In this document: in pieces, positions 32,724 through 41,195 of the stretch | Layout: each line of letters begins with the position of its first letter | How positions within the stretch are numbered: position 1 is the stretch's first letter | IMG/VR virus record: IMGVR_UViG_3300031964_000018 | Source of the DNA: a virus | Strand: one strand, 5' to 3' | DNA: 64,000 nt | Made by a program: the position numbers and the translations under genes | The notes under the pieces: generated by a model | Told to the model about the DNA's origin: nothing | Databases searched by the model: none | Seen by the model: the letters and a program-made list of their open reading frames with translations, nothing else

Positions 32724-32831
32724 TTATCTCATCAGGACCGCAAAGGCATGATCGCATGCCATGAAGGTGATCGGGGCGACCGTGAGGAACACAGTCGTCC
32801 AGATCGCCAGGATACTGAGACCTTTTCTCAT
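32724..32831 (-). CDS. Micro-ORF encoding a 35-aa membrane peptide (MRKGLSILAIWTTVFLTVAPITFMACDHAFAVLMR)
   Basis: Internal ATG of the track ORF, forming an ATGA overlap with the stop of 32828-33025. Confidence 0.4.
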   Translation of the reverse strand: MRKGLSILAIWTTVFLTVAPITFMACDHAFAVLMR

Positions 32832-33025
32832 TTGACCACTCCCGTTAGGAGGAACGACTTGATGGCGGCAGCCGCGGCAGCCAATGCGCCGGCAACCATC
32901 ACGGCCTTCACTGCTGCCCCAAGCAACCAATGTCCTCGGTCGTATTCCGACAGCATCCGCCTGATCCTACGACGCTCCAACTGATCGAGGTCTTCGTCAC
33001 TGAACTCTTCAAGGTTCGTCGTCAT
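32828..33025 (-). CDS. Tail-anchored membrane protein (65 aa)
   Basis: Track ORF with an acidic N-terminus and a C-terminal hydrophobic helix (LLGAAVKAVMVAGALAAAAAAI). Confidence 0.55.
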   Translation of the reverse strand: MTTNLEEFSDEDLDQLERRRIRRMLSEYDRGHWLLGAAVKAVMVAGALAAAAAAIKSFLLTGVVK

Positions 33026-33040
33026 ATGTATTTTCCCATA

Positions 33041-33071
33041 AAAAAATGGCCGCGCCGGTTAAGGCGCGACC
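33041..33071 (-). terminator. Rho-independent terminator (minus strand)
   Basis: The minus strand reads GGTCGCGCC-TTAACC-GGCGCGGCC (9 bp) followed by ATTTTTTT. Confidence 0.75.
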
Positions 33072-33089
33072 AGTTTGAAGTGACGTTTC

Positions 33090-33503
33090 TTATGCGGCAG
33101 CAGCAACCGGAGCGGCGGTCGGAGCCGAAGCAGCCGCAGCCGCGGCACTGGCCGCAGCAGACTGAGCAGTCTTGACGGCGACGTAGCCCGACACGACCGA
33201 AGCCGCGGTGGACTTGCCGGCGTTCGAAGCGGCAGCGAAGGCGTTCAGCGCAGTCACCGCCGTGTTCGCAGCCGTGATGGCGATAGCCACGTCCGGATTG
33301 GACGCAACGCCGACGGCCTCGACGATGCCCAGGACCGCCTGGAGATCGGCAACGATCGTGGGAGTCTCAGAGGCGACCCACTTGGCGACGGCATTGATGT
33401 CGGCCTCCAGGACGGCGATGCCGGCCTTGAACTTGACGACGATCGCCTGGACATCGGCTTCAGTGGTCGTCCAAACGTTTTCGAGAGTGGTCAGCAAAGT
33501 CAT
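33090..33503 (-). CDS. Ala-rich hypothetical protein (137 aa)
   Basis: Track ORF with a low-complexity Ala-rich C-terminus. Confidence 0.6.
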   Translation of the reverse strand: MTLLTTLENVWTTTEADVQAIVVKFKAGIAVLEADINAVAKWVASETPTIVADLQAVLGIVEAVGVASNPDVAIAITAANTAVTALNAFAAASNAGKSTAASVVSGYVAVKTAQSAAASAAAAAASAPTAAPVAAAA

Positions 33504-33517
33504 GGTTCTTCTTTCTT

Positions 33518-33769
33518 TCAGAGTGAAGCTAGGAGTTCGGTGATGTTCTTGAGTTGGGCCGGATCTTCGACCAGCGTGTTCGCCACGTTTAGAACACGAG
33601 TCGCCGACTGGATGACCGTCTTCAGGTCGATCGTGTGATAATCCAGCTTGCCGGTCTTGGAGGATGCATACAGGTGATAGAGCGTCTCCACGTCGCTCAG
33701 AAGCTGGGCCGGATTCTCCGAGTGAACGGCAGCTCCGGCCAGGCTAAAGCCTGCCAGGATGTCGATCAT
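33518..33769 (-). CDS. Hypothetical protein (83 aa)
   Basis: Track ORF. Confidence 0.55.
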   Translation of the reverse strand: MIDILAGFSLAGAAVHSENPAQLLSDVETLYHLYASSKTGKLDYHTIDLKTVIQSATRVLNVANTLVEDPAQLKNITELLASL

Positions 33770-33957
33770 GAAGTTTTCTTCACACCGGCAAGCAGACCGG
33801 CCACCAGCGTGCCGACATTGCCGATGACCACGAGGACGGCCTGGGAGGTCGTCGGGTCATCGAAGAAATGGGCCAGCGCCGGCTTACCGAACACGCCAGA
33901 CAGAACAGCCGCGATCGAGAGAACGGCAGTCACCGTTCCGGGGGTAACGTATTTCAT
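33766..33957 (-). CDS. Two-helix membrane protein (63 aa), holin candidate
   Basis: Two hydrophobic segments and a basic C-terminus (VKKTS). It lies in the lysis neighbourhood. Confidence 0.45.
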   Translation of the reverse strand: MKYVTPGTVTAVLSIAAVLSGVFGKPALAHFFDDPTTSQAVLVVIGNVGTLVAGLLAGVKKTS

Positions 33958-33975
33958 TGTAGATCTCCTGTGGGG

Positions 33976-34506
33976 TTATCGAAAATTGATTTTGGATTCG
34001 GTGTTGAAGACACGATCCCACAGCGAAGTCGTCACGCCGAAGTTGACGTCGCGCCTGTGATGCAACATGTGTCGAAGCTTGAGCGGGTAGAGGAAATGCC
34101 CAGGCTCGATCTTTGCGTAGTGGAATGCCGTGTGAGCGATGGAGTAGATGACGTAGCCGACCGAGAACCCGACCGACATGGCGCCGGATGCGAACCCGAA
34201 CAGCAGCCAGAAGAATCCGTAGATCGACAACACCACCAATGGATGCAGAGCGATGTGGTCGTTCTGCTTGTCGTGATGCAGTGCGTGGGCCTCCCTGAAC
34301 AAAGGAACGTTGTGCGCGATCACCCGATGCGAGAAGTATTCGTAAAAGGTCCAGAGCAGAATTCCGATCGCGAAGAACGCCGGCCACAGGATGGTGGCGT
34401 GCATCAACGAGATGACCAGCAGTGCTAGCGTGATCGGCGGAGTGATGAAGAAGTCGGCGTAATACTCTCGTGGTGTACGCCGGAAGAGATCGAGCCAAGC
34501 TTCCAT
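33976..34506 (-). CDS. Fatty-acid hydroxylase / sterol-desaturase superfamily membrane di-iron enzyme (176 aa)
   Basis: All three His boxes are present: HRVIAH (H-x4-H), HALHH (H-x2-HH) and HMLHH (H-x2-HH). The helices between them are hydrophobic. Confidence 0.7.
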   Translation of the reverse strand: MEAWLDLFRRTPREYYADFFITPPITLALLVISLMHATILWPAFFAIGILLWTFYEYFSHRVIAHNVPLFREAHALHHDKQNDHIALHPLVVLSIYGFFWLLFGFASGAMSVGFSVGYVIYSIAHTAFHYAKIEPGHFLYPLKLRHMLHHRRDVNFGVTTSLWDRVFNTESKINFR

Positions 34507-35012
34507 CAGTGCAGCCTCGCCGCTTGCACATGCATCGCGTCGATCGACCCAGACGACCAGTCGCCGCCCCAGATCCAGCCCTCTGCTTTGAACTTGGTCA
34601 CCAACATGGATGCGTCGGTGAACAGATGCTTCATCGCATGCTGCTCATTCTCTTCAGCGTCCCAGTCAATCGCGGCGCCGAAGCCGTGCATCGATCGGTT
34701 CGACATCCCTCGCATTGAGCGCTGGTTGTAGGAGCCAGAGTAGTGGTCGTAATGCAGCGCGGTGATCTCGGCCTGACTCTTGCCGACCGCATCCCAGACC
34801 TGTCCCAGGACAGCGGACAGGCTGTCGGCGCACTTCTTGTGGATCCGGATCGCGGCCACGGGCTGCTTGAGCTTGCCGTCGATAAAGAACAGTGGCCAGG
34901 GACACGGCACATTGACCAGGTTCGCTTTCTCCCAGGCTGCCCATTGCGCCGGGCTATCCCCAGGGTTGCCATAGAATGCATTGCAGTCCCTCTGGAGTGG
35001 CCAGATAGGCAT
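34506..35012 (-). CDS. Peptidase M15 (VanY / L-Ala-D-Glu peptidase-like) endolysin (168 aa)
   Basis: Motifs SMHGFGAAIDW and GWIWGGDWSSGSIDAMHVQ. Uses the internal ATG (MPIWPLQRDC...). Confidence 0.7.
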   Translation of the reverse strand: MPIWPLQRDCNAFYGNPGDSPAQWAAWEKANLVNVPCPWPLFFIDGKLKQPVAAIRIHKKCADSLSAVLGQVWDAVGKSQAEITALHYDHYSGSYNQRSMRGMSNRSMHGFGAAIDWDAEENEQHAMKHLFTDASMLVTKFKAEGWIWGGDWSSGSIDAMHVQAARLH

Positions 35013-35189
35013 GATGTTTCCTTTTGATGTAAGAGCACTGATAACTTGTAAGAACACTGATAAGTTGTAAGTGCTCTGATATGTTTCGGATAAGTCGACG
35101 GGCCGCATCGCCAGGGTCATCCGACCGAAGCCAGCGCCCTACAGGGAGACCTCGTAGGAGGATCTCCCCGGCGAGCGGCACCGTCATTC

Positions 35190-35468
35190 CTATGAGAAGA
35201 GCCCCAGTCTGTCGCGCAACCGGCCGAACAAGGTCGGAGGCTTGACAGGCTTGACAGGATCTGGCGCCGGCTTGATAGGGCCGAACTCGCCAGAGATGGC
35301 GCGGCAGTAAAGCTCGCGGCTATGATCTTCCGCGTCGCTTATCGATGCTGTGAACGGGATGGGACCGAGATGCTGAAGCTCCTTGAACACGACCGTCATG
35401 TTCACGCAGGAGTAATCCTTGTGCAGGGGGTAGTAGAGATCCTGCACAAGGAGGACTGTTCGCTTCAT
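35190..35468 (-). CDS. Putative tail-fibre assembly protein (92 aa), by position
   Basis: The internal ATG overlaps the tail-fibre stop (TAATG). Confidence 0.45.
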   Translation of the reverse strand: MKRTVLLVQDLYYPLHKDYSCVNMTVVFKELQHLGPIPFTASISDAEDHSRELYCRAISGEFGPIKPAPDPVKPVKPPTLFGRLRDRLGLFS

Positions 35469-37111
35469 TAGGCGATCCGCTGCATGAGAAGAACGTTGCC
35501 GGCTCCGGGGTTTACCGCCGCGAATGCCGTGGAATTGATCGCCGCTCCCGACGCAACGACGTTCGACATGATCTGCCAGGTGCCGGGCCATACGTTGGCA
35601 CCGCTGATGCTCAAGGCGTTACTGGCCGGGCCGTGGTATCCGGAAGTTCCTCCGCCAGTGACCAAGAATATCGAGGGAGGAAAGGAGTCGGCGACTGCGA
35701 TCGCGTAGGAGCCGATTGCTCCTGGCGTGTTGGAAGGAGAACCTGCCGGACCTTGAATACCCTGCGGTCCCGGTACACCTTGCACGCCCTGTGGGCCTTG
35801 CGGTCCAGTGGCACCGCCCCCGCCGCCCCCGCCGCCGAGGCTCGCGATGATCTGATATTCCGTGCCGTCATAGACCAGAAGCAGGATCTCGCCGGCCACG
35901 AAACCGTTCGTCGAACTCAGAGCGCTAAGGTTTCCGAGCGTGACGTTCTTAGCACCGAGACCATTGACGTTGATCGTGGTAGCGGCGCTGATGTTATTCG
36001 CCAGCTTCACCGAGATGAAGAGACCGGCTACTTGCTGACCACTGGTGATCGCTGGCGAGTAGACTGCCGTGATCGCATTGGCGACGCCCGAGGTATCCGC
36101 AATGTACGGAATGCTCAACGTAGAGAAGTTGTTCGTCGTCGAGCCGGCGCTGATGCCGACGTAGTTCACCATCTGGAAGTTGGCGCCGTCGTAGACGACC
36201 TCGAGCACCTGGCCGGAGACGATGTCGCCAGAGTTCAGCGCAGCTCCGCCAGCTCGCTTCAGACCAACGGTGCCGAGACCATTGACGTTGATGGTTGACC
36301 CAGAGCTGCCCGAGTTGGCATTGACCGCCTTGAACTTGACCGCCATGCCGGCCTGATAGGCCACGAGCGGCTGAATGAACGGAGGAACCGTGACGACGTA
36401 GGCATTGGCAGCACCCGTGTCGGTGCCCCAAACCCAGTCACCCTTTTGCACATGGCTCGGCACCGACGGCAGCGTCGGGAAGAACGGCGCCGTGGAGACC
36501 TGAACGATTCCACCTGACGTGATCTGGGTCTGACCGTTTACGACGGTGATCGTGTAGAGCGGCGTGAACCCAGGGTCCGCCGACGGCGTGATCTGCGTTC
36601 CGGACGACGCGGGCGTGCCGGCCTTGAGTGCGATGACGCACTGGCAAGATCGAACAGTGAAGTTTGAAGTGCCAGCATTTGCCGGGCCAGAGAACGGTGC
36701 GGAAGGATTGGCCGAGTTGTAATAACTCAGGACCAATGACCCCGTGTCGATATCGTCAAGGATCGCCTCGACCAGGTAGACCTGGCTGAATCCTGACGTC
36801 GTCGGCGGCGTGATCGTCAACGACACCGGGCTCTGCAACAGGCCCTGCTTCATGATGTTGTTGGCGTCGGTTCCGAGATCTCCGTACGCAACCTGATCTG
36901 TCGGATCCATCTCGAAGATGGACCCGACGTTCACGATCACCTGAAGCGATGCCGTGGGCGACGTTGGGATGCAACCGAGTCCGGCGACGAGCGTGCCGCT
37001 ACCGAGTACGGCAAGGTTATGATATGCCTCCCCGACCATGTTGAACTTGTTGGTCGACAGGACGTCTGTGTCTTGCGGTAGCGCGCCGGGATAGACGATA
37101 ACTCGATCCAT
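35468..37111 (-). CDS. Tail fibre protein with a collagen-like Gly-X-Y segment (547 aa)
   Basis: The segment GGGGGGGGATGPQGPQGVQGVPGPQGIQGPAGSP is encoded at about 35735-35836. The gene follows the baseplate genes. Confidence 0.75.
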   Translation of the reverse strand: MDRVIVYPGALPQDTDVLSTNKFNMVGEAYHNLAVLGSGTLVAGLGCIPTSPTASLQVIVNVGSIFEMDPTDQVAYGDLGTDANNIMKQGLLQSPVSLTITPPTTSGFSQVYLVEAILDDIDTGSLVLSYYNSANPSAPFSGPANAGTSNFTVRSCQCVIALKAGTPASSGTQITPSADPGFTPLYTITVVNGQTQITSGGIVQVSTAPFFPTLPSVPSHVQKGDWVWGTDTGAANAYVVTVPPFIQPLVAYQAGMAVKFKAVNANSGSSGSTINVNGLGTVGLKRAGGAALNSGDIVSGQVLEVVYDGANFQMVNYVGISAGSTTNNFSTLSIPYIADTSGVANAITAVYSPAITSGQQVAGLFISVKLANNISAATTINVNGLGAKNVTLGNLSALSSTNGFVAGEILLLVYDGTEYQIIASLGGGGGGGGATGPQGPQGVQGVPGPQGIQGPAGSPSNTPGAIGSYAIAVADSFPPSIFLVTGGGTSGYHGPASNALSISGANVWPGTWQIMSNVVASGAAINSTAFAAVNPGAGNVLLMQRIA

Positions 37112-37192
37112 CGTTGAACCTTTTTTTTGGCAAAGAAAAACCCCGCATCGACGAGCGTCGGCGGGGTGAAGAAGACTGGGAGTGTTGAGTTC

Positions 37193-37882
37193 TTAGTTGA
37201 TTGCGACCCAAGCAGTTACGCCGGTCGGCTTCGTCTTATTGATCATGTCGTAGATCACTGGATCGGTGACGCCCGTCAGCGTGGTGTAGGATCCCGCATA
37301 TTCGATCGTGCCGACGCCGTATCCGGCAGCGTCACCGTCATAGCCATCAACGTTAGGAACACCGCTACTCGTTCGACGGGTGACTTGTATGAAGACCTGA
37401 CCCGGTAGCCCCATGTTGCCATAGCCGCCACGTCCGACGCCGTATCCCATCGAACCGTAGTTCGGGCTGTTGGCGACCTGGGCCGGCCCGCTATACGCCC
37501 CGGTGTCGTAGGTGTTCCATGGTTCGAATACCGCTGGCGCCGTACCCGTCAGCGTGGTGACGGCATTGATCATGCCTGCGCGCGTCACACGCTCTTGAAG
37601 AATGGTCGCACGGATAACAGCCCTGAATGCAGAGTCGGGTGCAGCGCCACGCTTGATGAAGTTGCCGAGATAGTCGTACGCAAAGATGTCTAGCCAGATG
37701 CCGTAGGCGGTGGATAGACGACCCTGCGCTCGAGTGTAACCGATGAGGTTGTAGATCCATGATCCACCATCAGAGATACCGCCCATGATGGCGTCTCTGA
37801 ATGTCGCGGCGAACATGAACCATCCGCGTGGGATTAGTTTGCGGACGCGAGATAGGATATCCCCAGAGCTTCCGGTCGTCAT
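37193..37882 (-). CDS. Baseplate/tail protein in the P2 gpI / Mu gp48 position (229 aa)
   Basis: It lies immediately downstream of, and overlapping, the Baseplate_J-like gene. Confidence 0.5.
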   Translation of the reverse strand: MTTGSSGDILSRVRKLIPRGWFMFAATFRDAIMGGISDGGSWIYNLIGYTRAQGRLSTAYGIWLDIFAYDYLGNFIKRGAAPDSAFRAVIRATILQERVTRAGMINAVTTLTGTAPAVFEPWNTYDTGAYSGPAQVANSPNYGSMGYGVGRGGYGNMGLPGQVFIQVTRRTSSGVPNVDGYDGDAAGYGVGTIEYAGSYTTLTGVTDPVIYDMINKTKPTGVTAWVAIN

Positions 37883-39093
37883 GAGATGGTCATCACTCCG
37901 GCCTTGATGGTGAATGCCTTGATCTGTGCGTTACCGTCCGTCGTCAATCTGAAGGCGTTGATCGACGCTGGATCGCCAGTTGCTCCGTTGAGGAAGACGG
38001 CAGCGACATCTGTCACACCTGGGATCGCATAGGCCCATGGTAAGAGCTGAGACCACGGCAGTGACACGCCGAGGCCAAGGCTGTTGATATTGGTGGCTAC
38101 GGCAGCGGCGACCTGGGCGACGACGGTTGGATGATCATACCCTGTTGCCGTGGTGATCTGCATCGATACGTTTGCGGTAATGATGGACGGAAGGAACACA
38201 CCGCACATGATGCTAAGTGGGCGCACTGCCTGCGCGGCATTCGTAACCGTCAGCATGAAATCTGGCGACGGGTTGCCGGATCCATCGTCTGCGACAACGA
38301 AGAAATATCCGGGATGATACGAGCCGTCGTAGTTATATCCCTCGGTCAGCGTCCACTGGACGTTGACTTCGACACCGGTGATCGAGGAATTCAAACCATA
38401 GTAATCTCCACGGGAGAGCCCGAGGATATAGGATGCGAAGCGTGACTTGAGAGCGGAGTCCTGCTCGAAGTTCGTACCATTCGTGAACGCGGCCACGTTG
38501 CTGACTGTATCAATACCAGTGATGGGCGAAGTCATCGTGGCAATGGCGCCAGAAGCAACGTTGCCGGCAGCTCCGGCGACGGCGGCCTGGACCGGCACGA
38601 CAATGGACGCCACCGACGAAGGTAGCGTGTAGCCGGGTCCAACAGCCGTTACCGAGTAGGTCGCGAATGTGGTGTTCGCGATCACAGCAAAATTTTGCGC
38701 GCCGTCACCGGTCTGGATCGTGGCGCCGACGGGGATGAAGCAAGAGGTCGGGCCGGCAGTGAATCGGGAGAAGGTCACCTGGCCGGTTGCGAACTCTGCT
38801 CCGAGTCTCGGACTTCCACCTGGTAAAACGGCCGTCTGACTGCCGGGGATGATCGGCATGAAATCAGCGGTGAAGGTATCGACGTCGGTGCCGCTCGAGG
38901 TAGACAGGCGCGTAGCCTTCAAGACCTGCAACAGCATTGCCTGGAACCACAGGAAGAGTCCCGCGAACCCTTCCACGATTGCGCGCAGCGTCGAGCCTTG
39001 GGAGAAATTGATGAGCTTGCTGGCTCGTCCTTGAATGCCCGATATCGTGTTAGAGACGATCGTGTCGAAGCTTTGGGTAGGTAGCGTGGCCAT
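37879..39093 (-). CDS. Baseplate J-like protein (404 aa)
   Basis: The N-terminal segment FDTIVSN...SQGSTLRAIVEGFAG is typical of gpJ/gp47. Gene order is W-J-I. Confidence 0.7.
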   Translation of the reverse strand: MATLPTQSFDTIVSNTISGIQGRASKLINFSQGSTLRAIVEGFAGLFLWFQAMLLQVLKATRLSTSSGTDVDTFTADFMPIIPGSQTAVLPGGSPRLGAEFATGQVTFSRFTAGPTSCFIPVGATIQTGDGAQNFAVIANTTFATYSVTAVGPGYTLPSSVASIVVPVQAAVAGAAGNVASGAIATMTSPITGIDTVSNVAAFTNGTNFEQDSALKSRFASYILGLSRGDYYGLNSSITGVEVNVQWTLTEGYNYDGSYHPGYFFVVADDGSGNPSPDFMLTVTNAAQAVRPLSIMCGVFLPSIITANVSMQITTATGYDHPTVVAQVAAAVATNINSLGLGVSLPWSQLLPWAYAIPGVTDVAAVFLNGATGDPASINAFRLTTDGNAQIKAFTIKAGVMTIS

Positions 39094-39107
39094 TTATTCC
39101 CCGCCCT

Positions 39108-39476
39108 TTAAGACGTGATAGTGAAACTGACGGAGACGCCTGTAGCGGCATCCCAGTATTGGATGCTGATGGTGACCAGGTCTGGCTGATTGGGTGATGC
39201 TGCGACGCTGATCTGAGCCGGCGGCGACGGAGCAACTGATGCTTCGAGCGCGAGCTGAGAAGAACAGACGGCCAGGATATCGGAGACCGACAAGACCGAT
39301 CCGATCTTCTGCGGCAGGCCGGCGCCGTAATCCGGATGCCAGACGTAACCGTTCACCGCGGTGAACAGTCGGCGCTCGAGGCGTTGACGAACTTCGTCAT
39401 CCCCATCGACAACCAATAGGTCTCCCGTGGCGTCGACTTCGAAGTCGGCACCCCATTCCAAAGAAACGTCAGCCAT
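39108..39476 (-). CDS. Baseplate wedge protein, gpW/gp25-like (122 aa)
   Basis: Size, position and the segment RQRLERRLFT..GYVWHPDYGAGL. Confidence 0.65.
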   Translation of the reverse strand: MADVSLEWGADFEVDATGDLLVVDGDDEVRQRLERRLFTAVNGYVWHPDYGAGLPQKIGSVLSVSDILAVCSSQLALEASVAPSPPAQISVAASPNQPDLVTISIQYWDAATGVSVSFTITS

Positions 39477-39477
39477 G

Positions 39478-40446
39478 TCACCAACCGGTTGTTGCGTCGT
39501 AGGCGATGACCGACGAGATTGTTGTGAGAGCGTTGACCGCTGCGGTCTTGACGCCGAGCGCCAGCGTGGTTGCGTTGATCTGCTCCTGCGCAGCCAAGAG
39601 CACCGCGAACAGGTCAGCCACCGTGAATGCCTGGAAGCTCGTGGCTCCGATCGGACTCAAGGTCACGCCGCTCAAGGCGGTTGGACCTGTGTACGACGCT
39701 GCTACACCAGAGATGCCAGCGATGCCTCCGACGCCGCCCCCGAAACCCGCACCCGCTACTGTGGTGTACGGACTCGTCAGGCCCTCGCCAAGAGCGTCTT
39801 CACCTGCTTGAACGATCGTGTTACCGGCCGCGGCGTTCGCGTTGATTATGCCGGCCAGAGCGTTGACGTCGCCAGCCGCTACGTTCAACTCGTTGTTGAC
39901 ACCAGCTACGACATTGTTGTTGACACCAGCTACGACATTGCCGTTGACCCCACCGACGACGTTGCTGTTGATGGAGCTGACCAAGGCAGCAATGGCAGCC
40001 GCCACGTCGGCGTTCACGGCTGCCAGCGCCGACATCACGTTGTTGTTGTTCTGGACGCTGGCAGGATCGGTCGGATTGACGTTGAAGATAAATGTTCCGA
40101 GAGATGTGGCTACCGATACGGGGGCCTCGCTCTGGATCAGGAAGATGCTCTTGAGCAGGCTAAGTTTGACGGCCTGTGCTTGCGCGAGCGTAAGAGGCAA
40201 CGCCTCCGCGGATGCTCCTGTCATCCACTGATTGATGTAAGTCTGGTATGGCGACGGGTCGGCGAACTCCTCCGGCAAGGGGATACGATCATTAAAGATG
40301 ATCTTTCCGATCCCCGTGCCGCCGTCCCACTCCACGAAATTGACGTTGGATGCGAGCGAGTTTGCTGTAATGGGTTGGGTCAAACCGAACAGACGGACTG
40401 TCGATTTGACCCTATCGAGTTGAAACGCGAGAGGGGTAGTGGTCAT
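39478..40446 (-). CDS. Repeat-containing tail protein (322 aa) inserted between the gpV-like and gpW-like genes
   Basis: Track ORF. It contains NVV(A/G)GVN peptide repeats encoded by 24-bp tandem repeats at 39892-39963. Confidence 0.6.
   Translation of the reverse strand: MTTTPLAFQLDRVKSTVRLFGLTQPITANSLASNVNFVEWDGGTGIGKIIFNDRIPLPEEFADPSPYQTYINQWMTGASAEALPLTLAQAQAVKLSLLKSIFLIQSEAPVSVATSLGTFIFNVNPTDPASVQNNNNVMSALAAVNADVAAAIAALVSSINSNVVGGVNGNVVAGVNNNVVAGVNNELNVAAGDVNALAGIINANAAAGNTIVQAGEDALGEGLTSPYTTVAGAGFGGGVGGIAGISGVAASYTGPTALSGVTLSPIGATSFQAFTVADLFAVLLAAQEQINATTLALGVKTAAVNALTTISSVIAYDATTGW
39892..39963. repeat. 24-bp tandem repeat GTTGTTGACACCAGCTACGACATT (two perfect copies plus one degenerate)
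   Basis: Read directly. It is in frame within ORF 39478-40446. Confidence 0.9.
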
Positions 40447-41195
40447 GCTGGCACCGAGAAGGGTGGGATTGCTGGAGGTGCAGACGGCGGGCTGACCGAG
40501 TCGTCAGATACGCTGCCGCCACCCTGCGCAGCTACAAGCGAGCCGGCATCGACACCGAGGATGTTGCCCGCGGCAAATTCAGCATTTCCGCCGGCACTGA
40601 TGCCAGCGTCCTTGCCTGCGACGACGGTGAAGTTGCCGCCAGCCGTGAAGTGAATGTCCTTGGACGCCTTGACCGCAAAGCTGTTGCAAACCAACGTCGC
40701 ATTGCCGGCGCCATCGAAGGTGATTGTCGCGCCGTTGCCGTCGGTCCACATGATGGAGCCGTCGTTCTTCAGGTAGATCTGCTGGCCGGTACCACCCTGC
40801 CCACCAGACGCGGACTCTGGGCCGCCGCCAGACTTCTGGAATGAAGTCCAGATGACCGTCTCACCTGACTGAACCTCGGGAGGTTTCTGATCATCGGAGT
40901 GAACGCGCTGAACGATCTTGCCGGACTCGAAGTCACCTTCTTGGAAGCGGACAACGACCTGGTCGCCGGTCGCCTTGCCATCGCCTGGTGTCAGTCCGGT
41001 AGCGATACCAAAACCGTTACCGATGTGCCCCGTCTCGATCGGAAGCCAACCCGACTCCTGGCCTTCTGGTTGGAGCGTGACCTTGGCGAGATGCAGCTTC
41101 GGATCGTAGCTCGTGACCATGGCGTGGCGTTCAGAGTATCGCGACGCCCACCAGCGTTCGATCACGCCAAGGATCTTGTTGTCGTAATCGCTCAT
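40443..41195 (-). CDS. Baseplate spike/hub protein, gpV / Mu gp45-like (250 aa)
   Basis: The N-terminal segment VTSYDPKLHLAKVTLQPEGQESGWLPI is typical of baseplate assembly protein V. Confidence 0.65.
   Translation of the reverse strand: MSDYDNKILGVIERWWASRYSERHAMVTSYDPKLHLAKVTLQPEGQESGWLPIETGHIGNGFGIATGLTPGDGKATGDQVVVRFQEGDFESGKIVQRVHSDDQKPPEVQSGETVIWTSFQKSGGGPESASGGQGGTGQQIYLKNDGSIMWTDGNGATITFDGAGNATLVCNSFAVKASKDIHFTAGGNFTVVAGKDAGISAGGNAEFAAGNILGVDAGSLVAAQGGGSVSDDSVSPPSAPPAIPPFSVPA

Noticed and set aside
33884-34531. A 215-aa alternative frame overlapping the fatty-acid hydroxylase gene
   Set aside because: The 33976-34506 frame contains all three His boxes and hydrophobic helices. The alternative frame is Arg-rich.
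39427-40653. A 408-aa plus-strand ORF
   Set aside because: It is antisense to three coupled minus-strand baseplate genes and has an Arg/Cys/Asp-rich, low-complexity translation. This is the typical shadow ORF of GC-rich DNA.
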